A stretch of DNA of 64,000 nt from an uncultured Solirubrobacterales bacterium. Its GTDB lineage: Bacteria; Actinomycetota; Thermoleophilia; Solirubrobacterales; Solirubrobacteraceae. This document shows, piece after piece, positions 10,184 through 20,427 of the stretch. Made by a program: the position numbers and the translations under genes. The DNA lies in contig CAWJOV010000001.1 of assembly GCA_963844585.1 (NCBI GenBank), positions 40,312 through 104,311 of the forward strand. The letters are read 5' to 3'. The notes under the pieces were generated by a model. That model saw only the letters and a program-made list of their open reading frames with translations, did not search any database and had not been told where the DNA came from. The number at the start of each line of letters is the position of its first letter. Position 1 is the stretch's first letter.

Positions 10184-11089
10184 ATGCCCCGTCACCTGAT
10201 CTCGATCGACCAGGTCAACGACAAGCTGGCCCGCGAGATCTTCGCGACGGCCGACGACATGGCCGCCGCGCTGCGGATCCCGACGCGGCTCTCCAGCCTC
10301 ACCGGCAGGGTGGTGGCGCTGCTGTTCTTCGAGCCCTCATCACGCACGATCCTCAGCTTCAGCGCCGCCGCGGCGCGGCTGGGGGCGGCAGTTATCTCCC
10401 ACCGCGGGGTCGAGTCCTCTTCGCTCTCGAAGGGCGAGTCGATCGAGGACACTGTGCGCGTGGTGGGCAGCTACGCCGATCTGATCGTGCTGCGCCACGA
10501 GGCGGCGGGCATCGCCCAGCGCGCATCCGAAGTCAGCCCGGTGCCGCTGATCAACGGCGGCGACGGCCCCAACGAGCACCCCACGCAGGCGCTGATCGAC
10601 ATGTACACGATCGAGCGTGAGCTGGGACGGCTGCACTCGCTGCGGGTGGGGATGGGCTTCGACCCCCGCCACTCGCGCTCGATCCACTCGCTCTGTCGCG
10701 GCCTCTCCCACTATCCGGACAACGACGTGCTGCTGGTGGGCCCCGAGGAGCTGTGGCTGGACGAGCGGGAACTGAGCGACCTGCGCGAACAGGGGTTGCG
10801 AGTGGAGCAGAGCAGCGACATGCAGCAGCTGCTGGCGCGCGAGATCGTGTACGTCAACCGCTTCCAGGTCGAGCGCATCGCCGACCAGGAGCTGGCGGCA
10901 ACCTACCGCGAGCGCTACTGCATCGCCGCCGATGACGTGCGCGGCTCGGAGATTAAGCTGCTGCTCGACCCCCTCCCACGCATTCACGAGATCGCTCACG
11001 AGGTGGACGACCTACCGGAGGCGCTCTACTTCAAGCAGGCCGCCAACGGCGTCCCGATCCGGATGGCGCTGCTGTCGATGTTGGCGTAG
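10184..11089 (+). CDS. pyrB: aspartate carbamoyltransferase catalytic chain
   Basis: Start trimmed to ATG 10184 because the listed ORF 9797.. runs through ogt. Colinear with E. coli PyrB: SSRT(I) for STRTR, LRH, HPTQ, NRFQVER, PLPR. No other pyr genes are nearby. Confidence 0.8.
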   Translation: MPRHLISIDQVNDKLAREIFATADDMAAALRIPTRLSSLTGRVVALLFFEPSSRTILSFSAAAARLGAAVISHRGVESSSLSKGESIEDTVRVVGSYADLIVLRHEAAGIAQRASEVSPVPLINGGDGPNEHPTQALIDMYTIERELGRLHSLRVGMGFDPRHSRSIHSLCRGLSHYPDNDVLLVGPEELWLDERELSDLREQGLRVEQSSDMQQLLAREIVYVNRFQVERIADQELAATYRERYCIAADDVRGSEIKLLLDPLPRIHEIAHEVDDLPEALYFKQAANGVPIRMALLSMLA

Positions 11090-11170
11090 GGGGAGGAGTC
11101 GAGAGGTTTTCTGGCGTGAACTGCATCCATCGCTGAATCCACCGCTTCAAACTAAGGCAGACTCTTTGGA

Positions 11171-12622
11171 ATGCCGACCCCACGCCTCGTGCACCATCTA
11201 CGCCGGCTGATCGCCGTCATTGCAGCGCTTGCACCCCTGCTCGGCCTCGCGCAGCCGGCCTCGGGGCTGCCGCTGAAGCTGTTCCCCTTGCCCTACCCGG
11301 AAAACTGCGCGCGTCCGCCATTCGTATTCGGACCGGAGGACAGTCTCTGGTTTGCGCTCGAGGACTGCGAAGAACACCTCGACGTCGAAAGCTACTGGTC
11401 GGCGATCGGGCGGCTGCCGCTCGATGACCCGAGACCTCAGATCGTTCGGCGGCTCGATCAGGATCCGGTCGATCTGACGTTCGGCCCGGAAGGCAACCTG
11501 TGGCTCACGGAGAGAACCTTCGCCGACTCGCCCGCAGGCGAAGTGCCCCATGTCGGCCGGCTGACCGTCTCCGGCCAGCTCACGCAGTTCCCGACGCCCG
11601 TACACCCTGGGCTCCCATACACGCTGCACGAGCAGCCCGGGCAGATCCTTCCTGGCCCGGAAAACGACCTCTGGTTCATCGCGGAAGGGGTGGGAGCGAA
11701 CGTGCTGGGGCGCATCACGCCCTCGGGGGTGTCGAGTCTGTTTCCGGCGCAGCAGATCATGAACGGAAGGCACGAACTGGAAGCCAAAGGGGATGAAGTG
11801 CCGCGAGCGCTCGCAACGGCCGCCAACGGGAACCTCTGGATGGGAGAGGAGTTTGAATCGGGCGCGATTGGCCTCGTCCAACCCGGCGGCGCGATCAAGC
11901 AGTTCCGCGTCGGCGAACGCGGTGAAGGCATCCTGACCTCGGCTGACGACCCAATGATCGGAACTCCCGATGGGGGCATGTGGTTCCTGGAAAAGCAGTA
12001 CTTTACGCAGATAGGGCCGGAAGGGGCGGTGCTCAGCCGTGTTGCGCCGGGAAACGGGGGCATAAGCTTTACCGGCTCAGTCGCCGTAACCGGCGACGAC
12101 GTGCTCTGGGTGGCCAAGCAGGAAGAAGGCGAAGTCCTCGAGCGCGTTACGAGCACCGGCGAGCGTGGGGAACTGGCATTCTGCAGCTCAAACGAAACCC
12201 CCGAGCAGATGATCATCGGCCCCGAAGGCGATCTCTGGTTCACCCCGCAGACCGGAAAAGGTTTCGGCCGGCTCGCGCTTCCACAGCTCACGCGTGAACT
12301 TGAACGCGAACGCATTCAGGCGCGAATATGTGGCGCGCAAGCTAACGCTCGGACACTACTGGCAAAGCTTGCGTTCTCGAGCCTGAACGTGGCGAACTCC
12401 AGCGCCTACCAGATGACGGTCACGCTCGCCGGCCATCCACGCCGAGTCCTAGGCGTCAGACGCTTTGTCACGAGAGCGGCCGGCGGAGCGCTCTTGTTGA
12501 AGGTGCCGCTACGTCTACCGGTACGTGCGCTTCTGCGTCGGCGTGGACGGCTACGGTTGCGGCTGACGCTACGCTCAGGCGCTCACGTGGCGGCGAGCAG
12601 GCTCGTCGTCCTGCGCGGCTGA
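11171..12622 (+). CDS. secreted beta-propeller protein (Vgb-lyase-like repeats)
   Basis: Signal peptide MPTPRLVHHLRRLIAVIAALAPLLGLAQPASG. Recurring GP(E/D)GNLW(F/L)TE-type blades: GPEGNLWLTE, GPENDLWF, ANGNLWM, PDGGMWF, GPEGDLWFT. Confidence 0.6.
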   Translation: MPTPRLVHHLRRLIAVIAALAPLLGLAQPASGLPLKLFPLPYPENCARPPFVFGPEDSLWFALEDCEEHLDVESYWSAIGRLPLDDPRPQIVRRLDQDPVDLTFGPEGNLWLTERTFADSPAGEVPHVGRLTVSGQLTQFPTPVHPGLPYTLHEQPGQILPGPENDLWFIAEGVGANVLGRITPSGVSSLFPAQQIMNGRHELEAKGDEVPRALATAANGNLWMGEEFESGAIGLVQPGGAIKQFRVGERGEGILTSADDPMIGTPDGGMWFLEKQYFTQIGPEGAVLSRVAPGNGGISFTGSVAVTGDDVLWVAKQEEGEVLERVTSTGERGELAFCSSNETPEQMIIGPEGDLWFTPQTGKGFGRLALPQLTRELERERIQARICGAQANARTLLAKLAFSSLNVANSSAYQMTVTLAGHPRRVLGVRRFVTRAAGGALLLKVPLRLPVRALLRRRGRLRLRLTLRSGAHVAASRLVVLRG

Positions 12623-12854
12623 TTGCCCACCAAATCCGTGCAAGCGATGGCGGAGCGAATCCGCCGCGTCGCCGCTCGCTGTCCCCCGACAACCCGTTGG
12701 AGCTGGTGTTCCATGCCAGAACACGGTTCCGACATGCTGCGTGATAGTCTCGCGCTCGTGGCCGGCGTGCGGCTGTCAGATGCCGCACCTCGCCCAACAT
12801 ATGGGCCAGTGGGAGAGGGTCCACGCGAGCATAAGCGACGATCGGAGGAGCGGG

Positions 12855-15800
12855 ATGCGACGGCGTCTTGGTGCGGCTTTACGGGCGAGCGTGGGAATGG
12901 TTGGCGTGCGTTCGGCTTGCGGAGCCTTCGTCATTGCGTTTGGCGGCGCTCTGGCACTGCTCGCTGGTGGGGCGCTCGCCAGCGGCACCGTGCCGTCGAA
13001 TACGGCGCTGCCCACGGTCAGCGGGAAAGCGGTTGACGGCCAGCTTCTTGAAACGACGAATGGCACGTGGTCTGGTACGGAACCGATCACCTACGCGTAT
13101 CAGTGGCAGATGTGCAACCGGCAGGGCAAGGAATGCGAAAACCTGCCGTCGGCGACCGAATCGCGTTATCGGGTGGCCTCGGCGGACGTCGAAGAGAAGG
13201 TGCGTGCGGTGGTGACGGCCACGAACTCGGCCGGCTCGGCGTCGGCGGCCTCGGCTGTGACGGCGGAAGTCGCAACGGGCCCTCCCGTCGCGCTGGAACT
13301 GCCGACGATCTCCGGCGGTGCGTGGGAAGGCGAAACGCTTGCGGCCGGCGCCGAAGGCTGGGCGGGCAGCAGCGTGGAACCGTCCTACCAGTGGCGGCGC
13401 TGTAACTCCTCGGGGGCCGAATGCTCGGATATCACTGGTGCCACGGCATCGCAATACACGCTCGAAAGCGGGGATGTCGGGCACACGTTGCGGGTACGGG
13501 TCGGGGCTAGTGGCTCAGCGGGTTCGCTAGTGGCGCTGTCGGCGCCCACGCTCGCCGTCGGGGCGAGCTCGTCGCTCAAGAACAGTTGGGCGCCGTCGGT
13601 TTCGGGAACCGCGAAGACCGGCCAGACGCTGACCGCGAACCCCGGGAGCTGGGTGGGGCTCGCGGCGCTCTCCTACACGTACCAGTGGCAGCGCTGCAAC
13701 CGTGAAGGCGGAGAATGCGCGAGCATCGCCGGCGCGACATCCTCGACCTATGTCCTGGCCTCGGCCGATGCCGGCAAGTCCAACCGGGTGCTCGTCACGT
13801 CCGCCGAAGCGGGAGCGAACGCCACGACGGCCGCGTCTGCCGGAGAGCCGATCGCCGGCGAAAAAGGCCCGGTGCCGGAAGCCGCACCCGAAGTCTCCGG
13901 CACGGGGCTGCCGGAATACACGCTCACGGCGACGACCGGCAAATGGGCCGGAAGCGGGATCACCTATGCCTACAAGTGGCAGACGTGCAACGAAGCGGGC
14001 GAAGCTTGCGCCGCGATCTCGGGCGCCACCGGCAAGACTTACAAACTGCCCACGACGGCGGGCGGCGGCACCGTCCGCGTGCTCGTGACCGCGACCGCTT
14101 CGGGCAGCTCGACCGAAGCGCTGAGCGCCCCGATCACGGTCAGCGCCAAAGCGCTCGCCGACGTGTCGCTGCCGATGCTCTCCGGCGCGACGCAGGTGGC
14201 GCACACCCTCACGGCCACGTCCGGGCTGTGGACCGACGCGGTCGGCATCACCTACACCTATCAGTGGGAACGCTGCAACTCCGGGGGCGAAAGCTGCGCC
14301 AGTATCGCCGGCGCGACCGAATCGACCTACACGCTGGTGTCAGCCGACAGCGAACAGACCGACCGCGTGAAGGTCACGGCGAGCGGCAGCTCGGGCAACG
14401 CGAGCGCCACCTCGGCCGCCAGCGGTGTCATCGCCGCCGGCTCCGGCTCCCCCGAAGACAGCCTCGCCCCATCGCTCGAAGGTTACGCGACCTCGGGCAG
14501 CACCCTGACCGCGCAGGACGGGCTGTGGTTCGGCGAAGAACCACTGACCTACGGCTACCAGTGGGAAAAGTGCAACACCTCCGGCGAAAGCTGCACGGCG
14601 ATCAGCGGCGCGACCAGTCAGACCTACGTTCTCGGCAGCGGTGAAGTCGGCGCGACCGTCCGCGTGACCGTCACCGCGAAAAACAGCTCGGGCGAAACGA
14701 GCGCCGCCTCACCCGCGAGCGAAACGATCGAAGCGGCCGCGTCGCCGTCGGTGGACGAACGCCCCGCGATCGCCGGCACCGCCAAGGAAGGCAACGAACT
14801 GTTCGCCGAAAACGGGAGCTGGAGCGGATCGCAGCCGCTGCGCTACTTCTACCGCTGGGAGCGCTGCAACAGCGCCGGCGAAAAATGCGCGCCGATCAGC
14901 GGCGCGACCAAACCCGGCTACAAAGAGGTCAGCGCCGACGTCGGCTCGACCCTGCGCGTGAGCGTGACCGTCACCAACTCGCTCGGCGGCGCCAGCTCGC
15001 TCTCGCCGCAGACTAGCGTCGTGGCCGGCAAAGAAGCGAGTGCCAAAGAAGCGATGGAAGTCGCCGAAAAAACCGATCCGTCGGTGATCGCCGCGCCCTC
15101 GAGCGCGACGCTCGAAGAACAGACCGTCAAACCGAACGCCGAAGACGCCGGAGAAGGACTCGCCGCCACCGGCACCCTGACGAGCTCATGGCTGTCGAAG
15201 GAAACCAGCGGCGAATTCGCCGTCAACACCCCGATCGGCGAAATCAGCCTCAAACCGATCGGCACGACCGCGAGCTCCACGGTCACGCCGCTGATCGTCA
15301 ACGGCGCCGCGGCGGTCTATGCTGGCACGCAGACCGCGACCGACACGATCGTGCGACCCGAGCCGCTCGGGGCGGACGCCATGCTGCAGCTGCGCTCATC
15401 CGGAGCCCCGACGTCGTTCAGCTGGCAGGTCGCGCTCGGCGCCGGCCAGAAGCTCCAGCTGCTGCCGAACGGCAGCGTCGCCGTGACCGAATCCGGCGCC
15501 GGCTCGGGCCTGGAAGGAGAAGTCGAAGAAACCGAAGAAAAACCGAGCAACGAAACGCCGGCCGAAACCAAAGGCGAAGAAGGCTACGGCTCCGAAGCCG
15601 CCGCCGAAGCCTTCCAGAAAGCAAACCCGGAAGAAAGCAAAATCGGCAAACTCCCGAGCTCCTCGACCAGCACCACTGGCGAAACCAAACCCAAATCCGG
15701 CGAACTCCAGCCCCAGGAAACCAAAGCCCAGTACGAAGCCGCCACCACCGCCACGGCGTACGCGGAATCGCACACCGAAAACACCACGCTGATGACGCTT

Positions 15801-18593
15801 CCCGTCCCGAGCGTGGTGGACGCCGAAGACCACACCCTGCCCGCCTCCCTCAGCGTCGAAGGCAACACCATCAAGCTCAGCATCACCCCCGGATCGGTGA
15901 AATACCCGATCACAGCGGAGGTCTCCGCCGACGCGCCCACCAACGCCGCAAGTGCCAAACGCACACCGGCCCCCACATACGGGCTCTCCACTGAGACACC
16001 CAAGCCCTTCGAGGAATCCGAAGAAGAAGTCGAAGGCAAATGGCAAGAAGCCAAACACCTCGACAAGAATCTAATAGAAGGCAAAGCCGTGCAGGTCAAA
16101 TATGCGCGCGTAGTTATCCCCTACGACGACACCGAACATGAATTTAAAGCTGTCAAAAACTGGCTGGCGAAGGTCGACGAAACAAAACTGCCCGGTGGCG
16201 CGCACCTGGTGCCCATCATCACCTTCGGCAAGTGCACGCTCGCCATCGAAAATGAAAAAGGTCATCCAAAGACATGCCTGAAAGAAGAAAAAGCGGCCAA
16301 CTTCGCAGAACGTTACTACCACCACGTCATCCAGATCATGCGAGCGCTGATCAAAGGGAACGCCACAGAACGTATCCCGCCGGTTCGCATCTGGGGCGCC
16401 TGGAACGAGCCCGAACTCAGCAGCCTTTCAGCCGGCCAGGCGGCGAATGTCTGGGGCGCCGCCGCCAAGGCGCTGCACAAGGCGGGGTGCCGCGTGTACT
16501 GCAAGGTGATCGCCGGCGAATTCGCCGGGTATAAGAAGCTGAGTGGCCGGCCGGGCGAGCTTGGCTATGTGAAAACCTACGAGAACGCGTTCATCAAAAA
16601 CACGCTGGCCAGGAAATGGGACGCCGGCAAGCCGGAAATCTGGGGCATGCACGACTACAAAGATCCCAAGGAAACAGCCGAAACGGCCGTCGCTGCGGGT
16701 GGTAAACTCGTGCGGAAAAGCGGCATGGGAAGCGGAGAAGCGCAGGCGTTCGTGCAGGGAACCCACCTGTCGAGGCTCGGCCGCCACCAGGACTGGATCA
16801 GCGAGGCCGGCGTGCAGCTGTGGGTCCATAACGGCCCGACCTCGCTGGGCGGCAAGACGAGAAGCGAAGAAGCAGCCCACAGTGAACGGCAGCGCATCGC
16901 CGCCGAAGACTTCCTCGAACTCGGCAACCAGTCCACCGGCCACATTGAAGTCAGCAACTACTACCAGTACAAGGCCCCCACCACACTCGAAAAGCAGGAC
17001 GAAAAACTTGAAAACCTACAACTCGGCCACGAACCAGGACCGGAATTTGACAGCGGGCTGCTGTTCGACGAAGGCAAGGCGCCGGAAAACCAGCGTCCGG
17101 CCTACTGTGTGATCGCCCTGGCCGACAAAGGCGCGTGCCCGCCGGCCGCGACGACGCAGACGGCGGTCGCCGCGAGCATCAAATCGAGTGGCGCCACGGT
17201 GTCGCTTGCGGTGAACCCATCCGGTGCCTTGACGAAATACAAGGTCGAGTACGGGACCAGCACGAGCTACGGCCACGCCACCACGGCGGCAACCACCGCG
17301 AACGCGGTCGGCGAACAGAGCGAGACCGCAGAACTCGGCGGCCTCGAAGCGTGCACGACCTACCACTTCCAAGCCGAGGCCGAAAACGCCGCGAACGAAA
17401 GCAAGCCGGCGCTCGGGGGAGACAGGACGTTCAAGACGAATTGCGCGGCGTCGAGTGTGAGCGTCGGTTACTCCAGCACCTGCGCATCGCTCACCACTGG
17501 TGGCGTGGAGTGCTGGGGCCAGGTCGGGACGTCCAACTGGGCGCCGCCGACCGAAGCCGGTGGAGAAGTCGCCGGTATCTCGCAGGCGAAAATGGTCAGC
17601 GATGACGCCGATCGAACCGTCTGCGCGCTGCTCAAAAGCGGAAGCGTGAACTGCGTCGGTGACAGCGGAAATGGTCAGCTGGGCGACGGTAGCTCGGAAG
17701 AAAGCTCGACACCCGTGGCTGTCAAAGGCATCGCAAACGCGACTATGATATCGAGCGGCCAAGAGAGCTCGTGCGTTGTCCTGGAAGGCGGGAGCATCGA
17801 CTGCTGGGGCTCGAATAGATCTAGAGTGCTCGGGCAAGCATATCCAGGCACAGAAAAAGCTCCGGAAGAATGCGGATTTTCGGCATGTAGTCTGCTTCCG
17901 ATCTCGGTGTCGGGAATCACAAACGGCATCGGTGTGGGCGACGCCCCCTTCGCCGGGCAGGCTTGCGCGGTGCTCGCTTCAGGACAGATCGAATGCTGGG
18001 GAGAAAACAAAGAAGGGCAAGTCGGCAACGGCGAACGTGGCTCAAGCAAACTGGTCGAAACACCTCACCCTGTCAGCAAAATCACAAACGCCGTCAGCGT
18101 AAGCACCGGAGACGGTGAGTCCTGCGCGGTGTTGGCGACCGGTGGCGTGGATTGTTGGGGCCGCAACCACTACGAAGCTGCCGAAGAAGGGGGAGCACTT
18201 GGAAACGGAGAAGAACACGGCCCCGAAAAATGCCAGACCAGCCCAGCCATCTACTGCAGTGATGTGCCGGTTGCGGTGGTCGGCATCACGAATGCGACCG
18301 AAGTGTCGGCTGGTGGGGGATTTGCTTGTGCGCGACTATCGACGGGCCATGTGGAGTGTTGGGGCCGAGGAGGAACACTGGGCGACAGCTCTGGGACCGC
18401 GAGCGACGAACCTGTCGAAGTGAGTGGCCTGACAAACGCGAGCAGTATCTCGGCCGGCGTCAACACCGCCTGTGCCGTGCTAAGCGAAGGTGCTATGGAG
18501 TGCTGGGGCAGTAACTCGTTCGGCCAAGCCAACAGGCACTACGGAGAACCGCGCAACGTGGTCACGCCAGTCAAGGTAGCGGGATTCGAATAG
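12855..18593 (+). CDS. giant secreted multidomain protein (Cys-pair repeats, GH-A-like barrel, FN3, RCC1 propeller)
   Basis: Start placed at ATG 12855 (GGAGGAG 5 nt upstream, signal/TM segment follows). Seven repeats of about 95 aa carry Y-x-Y-(Q/K/R)-W-x-x-C-N. An E/T/S/K-rich linker follows. Then WGAWNEPE and ISEAG motifs (nt 16401 and 16797), an FN3-like module, and seven CxxLxxGxxxCWG RCC1-type blades. Confidence 0.8.
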   Translation: MRRRLGAALRASVGMVGVRSACGAFVIAFGGALALLAGGALASGTVPSNTALPTVSGKAVDGQLLETTNGTWSGTEPITYAYQWQMCNRQGKECENLPSATESRYRVASADVEEKVRAVVTATNSAGSASAASAVTAEVATGPPVALELPTISGGAWEGETLAAGAEGWAGSSVEPSYQWRRCNSSGAECSDITGATASQYTLESGDVGHTLRVRVGASGSAGSLVALSAPTLAVGASSSLKNSWAPSVSGTAKTGQTLTANPGSWVGLAALSYTYQWQRCNREGGECASIAGATSSTYVLASADAGKSNRVLVTSAEAGANATTAASAGEPIAGEKGPVPEAAPEVSGTGLPEYTLTATTGKWAGSGITYAYKWQTCNEAGEACAAISGATGKTYKLPTTAGGGTVRVLVTATASGSSTEALSAPITVSAKALADVSLPMLSGATQVAHTLTATSGLWTDAVGITYTYQWERCNSGGESCASIAGATESTYTLVSADSEQTDRVKVTASGSSGNASATSAASGVIAAGSGSPEDSLAPSLEGYATSGSTLTAQDGLWFGEEPLTYGYQWEKCNTSGESCTAISGATSQTYVLGSGEVGATVRVTVTAKNSSGETSAASPASETIEAAASPSVDERPAIAGTAKEGNELFAENGSWSGSQPLRYFYRWERCNSAGEKCAPISGATKPGYKEVSADVGSTLRVSVTVTNSLGGASSLSPQTSVVAGKEASAKEAMEVAEKTDPSVIAAPSSATLEEQTVKPNAEDAGEGLAATGTLTSSWLSKETSGEFAVNTPIGEISLKPIGTTASSTVTPLIVNGAAAVYAGTQTATDTIVRPEPLGADAMLQLRSSGAPTSFSWQVALGAGQKLQLLPNGSVAVTESGAGSGLEGEVEETEEKPSNETPAETKGEEGYGSEAAAEAFQKANPEESKIGKLPSSSTSTTGETKPKSGELQPQETKAQYEAATTATAYAESHTENTTLMTLPVPSVVDAEDHTLPASLSVEGNTIKLSITPGSVKYPITAEVSADAPTNAASAKRTPAPTYGLSTETPKPFEESEEEVEGKWQEAKHLDKNLIEGKAVQVKYARVVIPYDDTEHEFKAVKNWLAKVDETKLPGGAHLVPIITFGKCTLAIENEKGHPKTCLKEEKAANFAERYYHHVIQIMRALIKGNATERIPPVRIWGAWNEPELSSLSAGQAANVWGAAAKALHKAGCRVYCKVIAGEFAGYKKLSGRPGELGYVKTYENAFIKNTLARKWDAGKPEIWGMHDYKDPKETAETAVAAGGKLVRKSGMGSGEAQAFVQGTHLSRLGRHQDWISEAGVQLWVHNGPTSLGGKTRSEEAAHSERQRIAAEDFLELGNQSTGHIEVSNYYQYKAPTTLEKQDEKLENLQLGHEPGPEFDSGLLFDEGKAPENQRPAYCVIALADKGACPPAATTQTAVAASIKSSGATVSLAVNPSGALTKYKVEYGTSTSYGHATTAATTANAVGEQSETAELGGLEACTTYHFQAEAENAANESKPALGGDRTFKTNCAASSVSVGYSSTCASLTTGGVECWGQVGTSNWAPPTEAGGEVAGISQAKMVSDDADRTVCALLKSGSVNCVGDSGNGQLGDGSSEESSTPVAVKGIANATMISSGQESSCVVLEGGSIDCWGSNRSRVLGQAYPGTEKAPEECGFSACSLLPISVSGITNGIGVGDAPFAGQACAVLASGQIECWGENKEGQVGNGERGSSKLVETPHPVSKITNAVSVSTGDGESCAVLATGGVDCWGRNHYEAAEEGGALGNGEEHGPEKCQTSPAIYCSDVPVAVVGITNATEVSAGGGFACARLSTGHVECWGRGGTLGDSSGTASDEPVEVSGLTNASSISAGVNTACAVLSEGAMECWGSNSFGQANRHYGEPRNVVTPVKVAGFE

Positions 18594-18596
18594 GAG

Positions 18597-20309
18597 TCAA
18601 CCCCGTCGCGCAGGCATGTGTCGCGGACGGCGGGGGACGACAATCAGGAGGGCACCCGCGAGCGCGAGCACGGTAAGCACGGAGAGACCCACAACCAGCT
18701 CGTGGCCGCTGTGGCCTGTGATGCGCCGCGCGGTATGTGTCAACGAGGCGACGGACGGCGGTAGGGCTGACGCCGGCCCGGCCGCGCGCAGCGCGTACTC
18801 GATGCGTCCGGTGCCGCTTGCGCCTGCAAGCGAGACCCAAGCGGCCAGTGCCCGGCCGCTCGCCGGATCGACCGCGACCGCCGGCGGCCCGTTGGGTCCG
18901 GGTGCGGCGACGAGCTCGGGGGCGGTGAAGGCGACTTCTCCCTGTCCGGCGTAGTGGCCGCGCGCCGCACGGATAGTCCACCGCCGAGACCGGGGAGCGC
19001 CGTTCGCCGAGCTCGGGGCTGTACGCCACACGGCGAACGCTTCCGCGTCGGGCCCCGCAGCGATGTCCGTCAGCACCGCGTCGCTCGCGGCGGTCGCGCC
19101 GGCGGCGCCTGTCGGCCTCCTGGGCGCAACTGGCCGGCCGGCACTCGTTTGTTCACCGGCGCCAGCTGACCGGCCGGCGCCCGTCTGCCCGCCGGTCCCC
19201 CCGGGGTCGGAGATCACGACCGGCGCCCATGCGCCCCGATGCAGCGACACCGGCGAAGCGCGCACGACGTAGCGACCGGCATCGACGCCGGTCCACGCGA
19301 TCATCACCGCCTCGCTGGAGAGTCGGAGCAGGCCCAGCGAGCCGGCAGGGGGGACGAAGCCGCCGAGGTCGCGGAAGCGTTCGAGCACCCGTGGCGCGCC
19401 GAAGGCGAGCCCGCCGCCGGAGATGCTCAGCTCGATCGTCGTGGTGCGCGTGCCGGCTGACGCCGACTGGTTGCGCCAGGCGACGATCGCGTGACCGTCG
19501 TCGCTGACGAGCGCCCGCAGTTCCGGGTCCGGCGACCCGGCTGTGAAGCTCCCCAGCCGCCGCGTTGACCCGAGCGCACCCGCGGCGGCGAGCTGGCGCG
19601 CATATACGGCACCGCCGCTGGCCCACACGAGCAGGACTTCGGCGCGGTAGTCCATCGTCGCGGCTACCGCTTCGATCGGGCTGGCGCCGACCGGCACCAG
19701 CCGCGCCCGCGCCAGCGACTTGCTGTAGTGGCGTTGCACGCGTACCGCGATCTCCCATCCCGTCGCTGTGCGCGCCGGGGAGGCGAACGCCACGTCCCCG
19801 AGGTAGGCGCTGGATGCCGCCACTGGCGCCGCCGGCCCGCCCAGCGGCAGCGCCGCGCCGAACGCGCCCGCGATCTTGCCCTCTGCCAGTACGCCGGTGT
19901 CGGCGCCGGTGCTTTGTGCGGGGCCGAGGGCGACGACTTGCCCCAGAGCGGTGCCCGCGGCGGCCGCGATGTCCGCGAGTCCCCCGCCCTCGGGGGCAAG
20001 CGCGCGGCCTGCGCCGGGGAGGTCGTCGGTTGCGAGCGTCGCCCCAAACGCTTCCCCCGTCGTGACATCCGAGGAACCCGTGGTGCACCCACGTGGCGCG
20101 GTCCACAACAACGCACCCGGCCCACTGCGCACGGCGGGGCTGGCGCTCGGGAACACGACCGACGGCGCCGGCGCGGCGGCGAGCGTCGCCGAGCAGCCGG
20201 CGGTTCGCGCCGGCGCAGACCATGGTGCGGCGGCGGTGGCGGGCACCACACACAGTGGCATGAGTAGTAGTGCGGCGATCGAAGCCGCGCGAACATCGCG
20301 AGATTGCAT
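18597..20309 (-). CDS. hypothetical exported protein with C-terminal TM anchor
   Basis: Start placed at Met22 of the listed ORF (signal-like MQSRDVRAASIAALLLMPLCVVPATAAAP). C-terminal hydrophobic anchor VGLSVLTVLALAGALLIVVPRRPR. No recognisable catalytic motif. Confidence 0.45.
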   Translation of the reverse strand: MQSRDVRAASIAALLLMPLCVVPATAAAPWSAPARTAGCSATLAAAPAPSVVFPSASPAVRSGPGALLWTAPRGCTTGSSDVTTGEAFGATLATDDLPGAGRALAPEGGGLADIAAAAGTALGQVVALGPAQSTGADTGVLAEGKIAGAFGAALPLGGPAAPVAASSAYLGDVAFASPARTATGWEIAVRVQRHYSKSLARARLVPVGASPIEAVAATMDYRAEVLLVWASGGAVYARQLAAAGALGSTRRLGSFTAGSPDPELRALVSDDGHAIVAWRNQSASAGTRTTTIELSISGGGLAFGAPRVLERFRDLGGFVPPAGSLGLLRLSSEAVMIAWTGVDAGRYVVRASPVSLHRGAWAPVVISDPGGTGGQTGAGRSAGAGEQTSAGRPVAPRRPTGAAGATAASDAVLTDIAAGPDAEAFAVWRTAPSSANGAPRSRRWTIRAARGHYAGQGEVAFTAPELVAAPGPNGPPAVAVDPASGRALAAWVSLAGASGTGRIEYALRAAGPASALPPSVASLTHTARRITGHSGHELVVGLSVLTVLALAGALLIVVPRRPRHMPARRG

Positions 20310-20427
20310 CTGCAAAAACCGAACCGGAATCCGATCATCGTAGGGGCTCGCCGTCGGCGTGTACGAGAACATGGAGCGCCCCCCGGGATCCTCGCGGGCT
20401 GTCGTTGCCGGAGCGGCTCGCGGTCCC

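Noticed and set aside
12741-12854. An upstream extension of the giant gene, from the listed ORF start.
   Set aside because: The extra 38 residues are not signal-like. ATG 12855 has GGAGGAG just upstream and is followed directly by a signal/TM segment.
11100-18600. The lower-GC block as a classical genomic island or mobile element.
   Set aside because: I found no integrase, transposase, tRNA target, or flanking direct or inverted repeats. Only the compositional shift is supported.
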